A DNA stretch of 49,270 bases, taken from a bacterium. GTDB taxonomy: Bacteria > Actinomycetota > Coriobacteriia > Coriobacteriales > Coriobacteriaceae. Of the stretch, positions 9,755-17,963 are shown piece after piece; within the stretch, counting starts at the first letter, position 1, and each line of letters begins with the position of its first letter. The notes beneath the pieces were generated by a model. That model saw only the letters and a program-made list of their open reading frames with translations. It was not told the origin of the DNA and searched no databases. The stretch spans positions 1-49,270 of the forward strand of contig CAVDZW010000085.1 of the NCBI GenBank assembly GCA_963613305.1, in the 5' to 3' direction. Both the position numbers and the translations under genes were made by a program.

Positions 9755-10807
9755 ATGCTCGTTTCACGCGACAAACTCAAAGAACTGATGAAGAACAAAT
9801 TCATGGCGGCCGGCATGCACGAAGACCATGCCGAGGCTCAGGCCGAGGTGCTCACCTGGTCGAGCGAGCGCGGCCTTCATAGCCACGGCGAGGTGCGCGT
9901 CGAGTACTACACCGAGCGCATTTCCAAGGGCGGCATGACCGTCGACCCCAAGGTCACCTGGACCCAGACCGGCCCATGCACCGGCATCCTTGATGCCGAC
10001 AATGGCTGCGGGTATCCGTTTGCCATCGAGGGCATGGAGCGCGCCATCGAGATGGCCAAAGAAAACGGCATCGGTTTTGTGGGCGTTGCCAACGTTTCGC
10101 ACACCGGCGCCATCGGCTACTACACCGAGATGGCCGCCAAGGCGGGCATGATCGGTCTTTCGTGCACTCAGTCCGACCCCATGGTCATCCCGTACGGCGG
10201 CGCCGAGCCGTTCTACGGCACCAACCCCATCGCCCTTGCGTGCCCCACGGCTGACGAGCGTATCGTTGAGTTCGATATGGCCACGACGGTTCAGGCATGG
10301 GGCAAGATCCTCGACGCCAAGAGCGCCGGCCGTTCCATCCCCGAGGGATGGGCGGTCGATGAGGACGGCAACCCCGTTACCGATCCGCACCTGGTAAACG
10401 CGCTCGTCGCTATCGCCGGCCCCAAGGGTTACGGTCTCATGATGATGGTCGACATCCTCTCGGGTGTGCTCATGGGTGTGCCCGCAGGCAAGAATGTCTC
10501 CTCCATGTACCATGACCTTTCCGAGGGCCGTCGTCTGGGGCACCTTAACGTCGCCATCAACCCCGAGTTCTTCTGCGGTGACACCAACTTCCGCGAGCAC
10601 ATGTCCCAGGTCCTGGACGAGCTCGGCGCTGTCAAGCCCGGCCCCGGTTTCGACAAGGTCTACTATCCCGGCGAGCGTGCGCAGCTGCGCATCCAGGCCA
10701 CCAAGGACGCGGGCGGCATCGAGATCGTGGACGACATCTACGATTACCTGGTTTCCGACGAGCTCTATATCAACAGCTGGGACCACAAGAACCGTTTCGC
10801 TGAATAG
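9755..10807 (+). CDS. allD: Ureidoglycolate dehydrogenase
   Basis: Ldh_2 family with AllD-like stretches HSHG.VRVEYY.ERISKGG, QSDPMV, GTNP, DMATTVQAWGK, GPKGYGLMMM, SSMY.DL, GIEIVDDIY.YL. RBS ggagg. Confidence 0.93.
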   Translation: MLVSRDKLKELMKNKFMAAGMHEDHAEAQAEVLTWSSERGLHSHGEVRVEYYTERISKGGMTVDPKVTWTQTGPCTGILDADNGCGYPFAIEGMERAIEMAKENGIGFVGVANVSHTGAIGYYTEMAAKAGMIGLSCTQSDPMVIPYGGAEPFYGTNPIALACPTADERIVEFDMATTVQAWGKILDAKSAGRSIPEGWAVDEDGNPVTDPHLVNALVAIAGPKGYGLMMMVDILSGVLMGVPAGKNVSSMYHDLSEGRRLGHLNVAINPEFFCGDTNFREHMSQVLDELGAVKPGPGFDKVYYPGERAQLRIQATKDAGGIEIVDDIYDYLVSDELYINSWDHKNRFAE

Positions 10808-10921
10808 CCGTATTCATGCGGCGGCGCGCAAGTAGGGCGTGCGCATGCATGAGGGGAAGGGCGCTCGAGGCCGCCCTTCCCGTGCTCTGCCGCGTCGCCG
10901 CGTTCATTGGAGTGTTTTCTC

Positions 10922-11893
10922 ATGGATAAGAAGAAGATCGTCATTCTTGACGCCTATGCCACGGTTCCCAACGACATCTCATGGGACCCGATCGCCCAGA
11001 TGGGCGAGCTCACTATTTACGATCGTACGCCGCCCGAACTCATCGCAGAGCGTATCGGGGACGCGAATATCGTCATCTCCAGTAAGGTGATGATCGGGCG
11101 CGATGTGTTCGAGCAGTGCCCCAACCTCGAGTACATCGGGCTTCTGTCCACGGGCTTCAACGTCATCGACATCGAGGCTGCGCGCGAGCACGGCATCTCC
11201 GTCTGCAACGTTCCCGGCTACAGCACCATGGCCGTGGCGCAGATGGCCATGGCCCTCCTGCTCGAGATCACCAATATGGTGGGCATGCATGCTCAGGCCG
11301 TCAACGACGGCAAGTGGGTCGAGAGCCCCGATTGGTGCTTCTGGCTGAAAGACCACATGGAGCTCCTTGATAAGACCATGGGCATCATCGGCTACGGGTC
11401 CATCGGGCAAGCCGCGGGCCGTATGGCCAATGCCTTCGGCATGAAGGTCATCGGCCAGAGCCGCCATGCGCACCCCGAGCTCGAGAACGACATGGTGCGC
11501 ACCACCACCGACGTAGATGAGGTGTTCCGCGAGTCCGATGTGGTGCTGGTGGCGGCCCCTCTCAACGACGATTGCCGTGACATCATCCGCAAGGAGAACA
11601 TCGACAAGATGAAGGACGGCGTGATCGTCATCAACATCGCGCGACCTGGCCATGTGGTCGAGCAGGACGTGGTCGATGCACTCAAGAGCGGCAAGATGCG
11701 CGGCTTCGGCGCCGATGCCTCGTATACGGAGTGGACGGAGGGCCATACCGTGCTCGAGGGCGTGGAGAACTGCTATCTCACCCCACATATCGCATGGTGC
11801 CCCTACGAGACGCGCGTGCGCATGATCGATATCGTCACCGACAACCTGCGCCATTACCTCGATGGGGACCGCATCAACTGCGTGAACCCCTAA
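10922..11893 (+). CDS. D-2-hydroxyacid dehydrogenase (glycerate dehydrogenase / glyoxylate-hydroxypyruvate reductase-like)
   Basis: TGFNVID, CNVPGYS, GIIGYGSIG Rossmann motif, INIAR, LTPHIAW. Confidence 0.88.
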   Translation: MDKKKIVILDAYATVPNDISWDPIAQMGELTIYDRTPPELIAERIGDANIVISSKVMIGRDVFEQCPNLEYIGLLSTGFNVIDIEAAREHGISVCNVPGYSTMAVAQMAMALLLEITNMVGMHAQAVNDGKWVESPDWCFWLKDHMELLDKTMGIIGYGSIGQAAGRMANAFGMKVIGQSRHAHPELENDMVRTTTDVDEVFRESDVVLVAAPLNDDCRDIIRKENIDKMKDGVIVINIARPGHVVEQDVVDALKSGKMRGFGADASYTEWTEGHTVLEGVENCYLTPHIAWCPYETRVRMIDIVTDNLRHYLDGDRINCVNP

Positions 11894-11935
11894 GCGCCGC
11901 GTCGCGGCAGCTTCTCTCACCGAAAGGAGATTCTC

Positions 11936-12898
11936 ATGTCCAAACCAGCGGGCAAGCCCGACCGCATCGTCGTCGCCCTCGGCGGCAACGCCCTCGGCAA
12001 CAACCCCACCGAGCAGATCGCCGCGGTGGACAACACCGCCCACGCGCTCCTCGGCCTCATCGAGCAGGGCAACGAGATCATCATCACCCACGGCAACGGC
12101 CCGCAGGTCGGCATGATCCAGAACGCCTTCGCCGCCGCCCACGACGCCATCGGCACCCCCGAGATGCCGCTGCCCGAGTGCGGCGCCATGAGCCAGGGCT
12201 ACATCGGCTACCACCTGCAGCAGGGCATCGGCCGCGAGATGCACAAGCGCTACAAGCGCTGGCACGCCGCCACCGTCGTCACCCAGATCGAGTGCGACCC
12301 CGACGACCCCGCGTTCAAGAACCCCACCAAGCCCATCGGCCCCTTCCTCACCGAGGAGGCCGCCCGCGCCGAGATGGAGGCCGACCCCTCCAAGGTGTTC
12401 GTCGAGGACTCCGGCCGCGGCTGGAGGCGCGTAGTGGCCTCGCCCGACCCCAAGAAGATCGTCGAGGCCGACTCGATCCTGAACCTCCTCGACAACGAGT
12501 TCATCGTCATCGCCTGCGGCGGCGGCGGCATCCCGGTCGTGCGCGACTACTCGAACAAGGGCTGCTACCGCGGCGTCCCCGCCGTCATCGACAAGGACCT
12601 GGGCGGCGAGCTGCTCGCCGAGGACTGCGACGCCGACGTGCTGTTCCTGCTGACCGCCGTGGAGCACGTGGCCATCAACTTCGGCAGGCCCGACCAGGAG
12701 GAGCTCGAGGACGTCACCGCCGACGAGGCCGAGCGCCTGGCCGACGAGGGCCAGTTCGGCAAGGGCTCCATGGAGCCCAAGGTCCGCGCCGCCATCAAGT
12801 TCGCCCGCTCCCGCAAGGGCCGCGTGTGCATCATCGGCGCCCTCGACAAGGCCGCCGAGACCATGGCCGGCCTCTCGGGCACCCGCATCCACGAGTAG
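11936..12898 (+). CDS. arcC: Carbamate kinase
   Basis: VVALGGNAL, THGNGPQVG, PTKPIGP, RRVVASP, GGGGIPV, AVIDKD, GSMEPKV. RBS aaggag. Confidence 0.97.
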   Translation: MSKPAGKPDRIVVALGGNALGNNPTEQIAAVDNTAHALLGLIEQGNEIIITHGNGPQVGMIQNAFAAAHDAIGTPEMPLPECGAMSQGYIGYHLQQGIGREMHKRYKRWHAATVVTQIECDPDDPAFKNPTKPIGPFLTEEAARAEMEADPSKVFVEDSGRGWRRVVASPDPKKIVEADSILNLLDNEFIVIACGGGGIPVVRDYSNKGCYRGVPAVIDKDLGGELLAEDCDADVLFLLTAVEHVAINFGRPDQEELEDVTADEAERLADEGQFGKGSMEPKVRAAIKFARSRKGRVCIIGALDKAAETMAGLSGTRIHE

Positions 12899-13014
12899 TC
12901 CCGGGCCCCGTCCCGCCCGCGCCCGGCCGGGACGCAGGCGCCTGCCCGCTCCCCGCGCCAGACCGCCTCTCAGCGCCCCGTTCGGCCCTCCGGCCGGGCG
13001 GGGCGTTTTCGTAT
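12844..13014 (+). repeat. Direct repeat copy 2 (arcC 3' end plus terminator region)
   Basis: Matches 1-146. Confidence 0.9.
12974..13009 (+). terminator. Intrinsic terminator of the fdrA-arcC operon
   Basis: 14-bp GC-rich stem (two G-U pairs) followed by tttt. Confidence 0.75.
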
Positions 13015-13031
13015 GGAAGGACGAGGTTGAG

Positions 13032-13124
13032 TAAATCCCTGGTAGCGGGCCTAATCCCTGAGGGTTAAAAAAGGTTTACACGCCGTTCGCGCTTTTTAAT
13101 CCCCTTATTGCCTATCTAATCCTT
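13032..13124 (+). promoter_or_regulatory. Four AATCC(C/T) direct repeats upstream of the amidohydrolase
   Basis: taaatccct 13032, ctaatccct 13051, ttaatcccc 13096, ctaatcctt 13116. Confidence 0.45.
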
Positions 13125-13194
13125 CCGGCGTCACGGTATTCATCGATAACAAAGGCTCGCGCAACGGGTGCGGGCGCAGTGAAAGGTGGAATAC

Positions 13195-14973
13195 ATGAAC
13201 GCCATCAATCGACCTGTTTCTCGCAGGGACTTTGTGGGCCTGGGCATGCTGGGCGCCGCCGCTGCCGCTATCGGCACCGCGGGTTGCGCGCAGGGCGGCA
13301 CGGCCGAGGGCAGCGCAGACGCGAGCAGCAAAGCCACGATCGTTTTCAAGAACGGCACCATTCAGACCATGGTCGCCGAGGGCGATACCGCCGCCGCCAT
13401 GGCGGTGCGCGGCAACGAGATCGTCTATGTGGGCAACGATTCGGGCCTCGATAAGTACATCGGCAACGACACCGAGGTCATCGACCTCGACGGTGGCATG
13501 GTCGTTCCCGGCTTTATGGACGGCCATATCCATGCTCCGGGCGATTGGCTCACCAAGCTCTACGAGATCGATCTTTCCAAGGGCTCGACCATCAAGGAGT
13601 ACAAGAAGATCATCAAGGAGTTCGTCGACGCCCATCCCGATGACGAGGCCTATACCGGCCATCCATTCATGATCAACGCCTTCGAGCAGGAGGACGGTAC
13701 CAACCCCGGTCCCAACAAAGAACTCCTCGACAAGATCTGCTCCGATAAGCCCATCCAGCTATTCGATGTGTCGCACCATTCGTGCTGGGTCAACTCCAAG
13801 GCGCTCGAGATGGCGGGCATCACCAACGATACGGCCGACCCCACGGGCGGCATCATCACGCGCGACGCCAACGGCGAGGCAACGGGCTACCTCATCGACT
13901 CGGCCGCCAACCTGGTGTCCGATGTGGTCGAGGTAAAGCATACCGACAAGCAGTACCTCAAGGCCATCAAGAAATACCAGGAGGCCGCGGCCGCCTACGG
14001 CATCACCGGCATCACCAACCTCACCGCGGTGAGCACCAAGTTCTATCGCGACCTCGAGAAGGACGGCGAGCTCAACCTGCGCATGCGCGTTCTGCCCACC
14101 ATCACGCCGGGCATGACGACCGACGAGGCCGTAAAGACGGTCGAGAGCCTCAAAAAATACGAGAGCGACATGATCTCGACCGGCACTGCCAAGATCTTCT
14201 CCGACGGCGTGACCGAGGGCGGCAGCGCCGTCATGCTCGAGCCCTATACCGATGCGGCCGGCAAGGGCGAGGGTTGGTACGGCGAGTCCGTGTGGGACCA
14301 GCAGGAGTTCTCGAACATGGTCGTGGCGCTCGACAAGGCGGGCGTGCAGGTGCACGTGCATGCCATCGGCGACGGCGCGGTGCACAACACCCTCGATGCC
14401 TATGAGCGCGCGATCAGCGAGAACGGTGCGCGCGACGACCGCCGCAACACCATGACGCACGTCTGCGCGGTGACCGACGGCGATATCCAGCGCATCGCCG
14501 ACATGAATGTCCTGTGCGCCCTGCAGTTCCTGTGGATGTATCGCGATTCGCTCTGCGATCTTGAGGTTGCGTTCGTCGGCGAAGAACGTGCCATGAAGTT
14601 CTATCCGGTCAAGACCATGATCGAGAAGGGCTGCTTTGTTTCGGGCGCTTCCGACGGCCCGGTTACCGGCTATGCGCCGCTCGAGGAGATCGAGGTTGCC
14701 GTCACGCGCAACAGCCCCTATAAGGACGAGGAAGACACCGACATGTATCGCTGGCCCGAGCAGGGCATCACCGCCTATCAGGCGCTCGAGGCCTACACCA
14801 AGAACGTGGCCTATGAGAACTATATGGAGGACAAGATCGGCACCCTCGAGGTGGGCAAACTCGCCGACATCACGGTGCTCGACACGAATATCCTCAAGTG
14901 CGACCCCAAGAAGATCTCGGACGCCAAGGTGCGCTACACCATCTCCGACGGACGCATCGTCTATTCGGCATAG
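13195..14973 (+). CDS. Tat-exported lipoprotein metallo-amidohydrolase (Amidohydro_3, YtcJ-like)
   Basis: SRRDFV twin-arginine motif and TAGC lipobox. PGFMDGHIH, KIFSDG, HAIGD, ASDGP, GTLEVGKLAD. Confidence 0.88.
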   Translation: MNAINRPVSRRDFVGLGMLGAAAAAIGTAGCAQGGTAEGSADASSKATIVFKNGTIQTMVAEGDTAAAMAVRGNEIVYVGNDSGLDKYIGNDTEVIDLDGGMVVPGFMDGHIHAPGDWLTKLYEIDLSKGSTIKEYKKIIKEFVDAHPDDEAYTGHPFMINAFEQEDGTNPGPNKELLDKICSDKPIQLFDVSHHSCWVNSKALEMAGITNDTADPTGGIITRDANGEATGYLIDSAANLVSDVVEVKHTDKQYLKAIKKYQEAAAAYGITGITNLTAVSTKFYRDLEKDGELNLRMRVLPTITPGMTTDEAVKTVESLKKYESDMISTGTAKIFSDGVTEGGSAVMLEPYTDAAGKGEGWYGESVWDQQEFSNMVVALDKAGVQVHVHAIGDGAVHNTLDAYERAISENGARDDRRNTMTHVCAVTDGDIQRIADMNVLCALQFLWMYRDSLCDLEVAFVGEERAMKFYPVKTMIEKGCFVSGASDGPVTGYAPLEEIEVAVTRNSPYKDEEDTDMYRWPEQGITAYQALEAYTKNVAYENYMEDKIGTLEVGKLADITVLDTNILKCDPKKISDAKVRYTISDGRIVYSA

Positions 14974-15085
14974 TCACCTATCCATTTGGGGCCAGCTGTT
15001 CGGTTGAGCTCAGCAAAACACGGCACGGTGGCGCGGTGCTCGCCGATATGGATCGCATCGTGTCGGCCCCAGAACTAAAGAAGGC

Positions 15086-15125
15086 AACGCACCATGCTCA
15101 AGAGGTTTTGGGCATGGTGCGTTTT
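15086..15125 (+). terminator. Intrinsic terminator
   Basis: aacgcaccatgctcaa...ttgggcatggtgcgtt followed by tt. Confidence 0.7.
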
Positions 15126-15180
15126 CGCACCGGTAATGCGGGCATAATGAGACGGTCTAATCGCTTATTGGAGGGACCTC

Positions 15181-16125
15181 ATGCCTGCCCTTATCACGCA
15201 TCATCTTTTTGGCGAGGAGAGCATCGACCGTCTGCCCGCCGGCATCATCGGGGGCGAGGAGGAGCGCACCGCCTTCATCCTCGGCAACCAGGGCCCCGAC
15301 CCGTATTTCTTCCGCTTTCGCACGCCGCGCCTCAAGGACTGCATGCACCTCGCCGCGGTCATGCACCGCTCGCGCATGACCCGCCAGTTCGAGGCCGTCC
15401 GCTCGGGCGTGGAGCATCTGCAAAAGAGCGACGCGAACCTTGGCCGCGCCTTTGCGCTCGGCATGCTTTCTCACTACGTGCTCGACCGCAACGCGCACCC
15501 GTTCGTCTACGAGCAGCAGTTCGGCATCCTCAAGGCCGATGAGTCGCTCGTCGGCTCCTCGAGTGAGGTGCACGCCGTGATCGAGAGCGAGCTCGATGTG
15601 CTCATGCTCAATCTCAAACGCGACGGCGCCACATGCGCCGATTTTCCGCCCGCTTCCGAGATCGTGACCACCGACCGCATCGATATGGTGGCCGGTGCCC
15701 TCATGAGCTTTGCGGCCATGAGCGTCTACGACCTCGACATTCCGGTAGGGGAGTACGGCGGCGCCGTAGCCGACATGCAGCTGCTCTACCGCACCATCGA
15801 GCCTGCCGGTTCGCGCAAGACGCAGGCCCTCGCGGCGCTCGAGGGCATGGTCAAGGACAACTCGCTTTTGGGCTCGCTCGCACATCGCGTGACCGACGAG
15901 CCTTCTGCACGTACCGGCAACATGGGGCATCTGAGCTGGGAGAACCCCTTTACCGGTGCTGTTTTTGACCGTTCGTTCCCCGAGGTGTTCGACGCCGCGC
16001 TCGACGATTACGCCCGCACCGCCGCCCGCTTTATCGAGGGCGAGAATATGGCCGATGTGACCGGGCACGTGAACTATAGCGGCCGTGTGCTCGATGGGAC
16101 CGAGGAGTTCGACCGCGAGGAGTAG
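15181..16125 (+). CDS. Zinc-dependent phospholipase C family protein (no signal peptide seen)
   Basis: MPALITHH N-terminus, GNQGPD, SHYVLD..AHPFV, HAVIESELD. Confidence 0.75.
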   Translation: MPALITHHLFGEESIDRLPAGIIGGEEERTAFILGNQGPDPYFFRFRTPRLKDCMHLAAVMHRSRMTRQFEAVRSGVEHLQKSDANLGRAFALGMLSHYVLDRNAHPFVYEQQFGILKADESLVGSSSEVHAVIESELDVLMLNLKRDGATCADFPPASEIVTTDRIDMVAGALMSFAAMSVYDLDIPVGEYGGAVADMQLLYRTIEPAGSRKTQALAALEGMVKDNSLLGSLAHRVTDEPSARTGNMGHLSWENPFTGAVFDRSFPEVFDAALDDYARTAARFIEGENMADVTGHVNYSGRVLDGTEEFDREE

Positions 16126-16145
16126 TGGGTTCCGGCGTTCCATGG

Positions 16146-16175
16146 GGTTCCGGCGTTTTGCCAAACGCCGGAACC
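16146..16175. terminator. Hairpin after the PLC-like gene
   Basis: ggttccggcgttt-tgcc-aaacgccggaacc; 5' arm duplicated at 16127-16139; no U-tract. Confidence 0.4.
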
Positions 16176-16251
16176 GGTCGACGCTGCGCGGCCACCTAGC
16201 GGGCATCTTGTCACTCAAGCGGTCGGTCATGACCCGAAGGTCAATGACCGA

Positions 16252-16503
16252 CCGCTTTCGTGCCAACCTGCTCCGCTAGGTGGCCGCTCGCTGACTTTGG
16301 TTCTACCTGGGGTGCTGTCGCAGTTGCGGCTTTTCGCCCCGCCGCTTTCATGCCAACTTGTTCGCCCTGGACGCCGCTCGCTGACGTGGGTTCAACCTGG
16401 GGCGTTGTCGCGGTTGCGGCTTTTCGCCCTGCCGCTTTCGTGCCAACCTGCTCCGCTGGGTGCCCGCTCGCTTGCGTTGGTTCTGCCTGGGGCGCTGCCG
16501 CTG
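16252..16503. repeat. 90-bp tandem repeat, about 2.8 copies
   Basis: Units begin tgccaacctg/tgccaacttg at 16261, 16351 and 16441. Confidence 0.9.
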
Positions 16504-16627
16504 CCGGGGCGTTCTTTGGGCGCTGCCTGTTCCTCGCTTGACCGAATCCTTACGCGTGGGTTTGTCGGCTTGCCCTAACATAGGTGAGTCTTCAAGACTC
16601 GTAAAACAAAAGGGAGGGTCCCTTCTT

Positions 16628-17878
16628 ATGAAGTACACCAAGGCCGAGCGCAACTGGGTCATGTATGACGTTGGCAATTCGGCACTCGTGCTGCTGAACA
16701 CCTCGATTGTGCCCATCTACTTTAACGCCATCAACACCGGCGCCTCCTCGGCCGACCTCGTGGTGGCCTGGGGCAACGCGCAGACCATCGCCTCGCTCGT
16801 GATCGCGCTGCTCATGCCCGTCCTCGGCTCGCTTGCCGACTACGCGGGCAACAAGGTCAAGTTCTTCCTGGGCTTCTTCCTCACGGGCCTCGTGCTCTGC
16901 TTTGCGCAGGCGATCCCCATGAGCGCCATGATGTTCTTGGCCGTCTACGTGCTCTGCACTATCGGCCTCAACTCCTCAATGACGTTCTACGACGCCATGC
17001 TCATCGACATCACCACCGACGAGCGCATGGATGCCGTCTCGAGCTCGGGCTACGCCTGGGGTTACGTGGGCTCCACCGTGCCGTTCATCGTCTGCCTGGC
17101 GCTCATCATGGGCGGCCCGGCGCTCGGCATCCCCACCATGCTCGCCACGCGCCTCTCGTTCGTCATCACGGGTCTTTGGTGGCTCGCCTTTACGCTCCCG
17201 CTCCTGCGTACCTACAAGCAAAAGTACGGCCGTGAGCGCAGCCCCGAGGACACCATCGGCCACATCGTGGGCGGCGTGTTCTCCGAGGTCAAGCACACCA
17301 TGGGCGAGATCGTTCGCGACCGCGCGGTGCTGCTCTACATGATCGCATTCTTCTTCTACATCGACGGCGTGCACACGGTTATCTCCATGGCCACGAGCTA
17401 TGGCTCCTCGCTCGGCATCGACTCCACGCAGCTCGTGCTCGCGCTGCTCGTCACCCAGTTCGTGGCGTTCCCCTCGGCCATCGCCTACGGCAAGCTCGCC
17501 GGCAAGGTCGGTACGCTCAACATGATCCTCGTGGCCGTCGCCGCCTACATGGGCATCGTGCTCTTTGCCGCGTTCTTCCTCAAGACCGCCTTTGAGTTCT
17601 GGTGCCTCGCCATCATGGTGGGCCTCTTCCAGGGCGGCGTGCAGGCGCTTTCGCGCAGCTACTTCGGCCGCATCATCCCCAAGGAAAAGTCCAACGAGTA
17701 CTACGGCTTCTTCGACATCTTTGGCCGTTACGCCTCGGTTCTGGGAACTCTGCTAGTATCTCTCGTGACGTCGCTCACGGGGAATCCTTCTTTAGGAGTG
17801 CTTTCCATCGGGATCCTCTTGGTTGTGGGCTTCGTTTTGCTAGTAAAGCTCTCCAAGATGGACGGGGCCGCCGTGTAA
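16628..17878 (+). CDS. MFS transporter, UMF1/ATG22-like family
   Basis: WVMYDVGNSA, FYDAML, SSSGYAWGYVG, FFYIDGV, QALSRSYF, YYGFF. RBS gggagg. Confidence 0.88.
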   Translation: MKYTKAERNWVMYDVGNSALVLLNTSIVPIYFNAINTGASSADLVVAWGNAQTIASLVIALLMPVLGSLADYAGNKVKFFLGFFLTGLVLCFAQAIPMSAMMFLAVYVLCTIGLNSSMTFYDAMLIDITTDERMDAVSSSGYAWGYVGSTVPFIVCLALIMGGPALGIPTMLATRLSFVITGLWWLAFTLPLLRTYKQKYGRERSPEDTIGHIVGGVFSEVKHTMGEIVRDRAVLLYMIAFFFYIDGVHTVISMATSYGSSLGIDSTQLVLALLVTQFVAFPSAIAYGKLAGKVGTLNMILVAVAAYMGIVLFAAFFLKTAFEFWCLAIMVGLFQGGVQALSRSYFGRIIPKEKSNEYYGFFDIFGRYASVLGTLLVSLVTSLTGNPSLGVLSIGILLVVGFVLLVKLSKMDGAAV

Positions 17879-17906
17879 GGGCGCGGTGCCTCTCACCTTG
17901 GACATG

Positions 17907-17946
17907 CGGAGGGCTTTGCTGGCGGTCAGCAAAGCCCTCCGTTTTT
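17907..17946 (+). terminator. Strong hairpin plus U-tract between the MFS gene and queT
   Basis: cggagggctttgctg-gcggt-cagcaaagccctccg-ttttt (perfect 15-bp stem). Confidence 0.8.
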
Positions 17947-17963
17947 GTAGAAGGTGGAAGAAC

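Noticed and set aside
15181..16125. PLC-like gene as a secreted alpha-toxin-type virulence factor
   Set aside because: No signal peptide or C2-like domain seen; it fits the cytoplasmic uncharacterised subfamily.
16252..16503. Repeat array considered as CRISPR
   Set aside because: Contiguous 90-bp units without unique spacers; no cas genes in the window.
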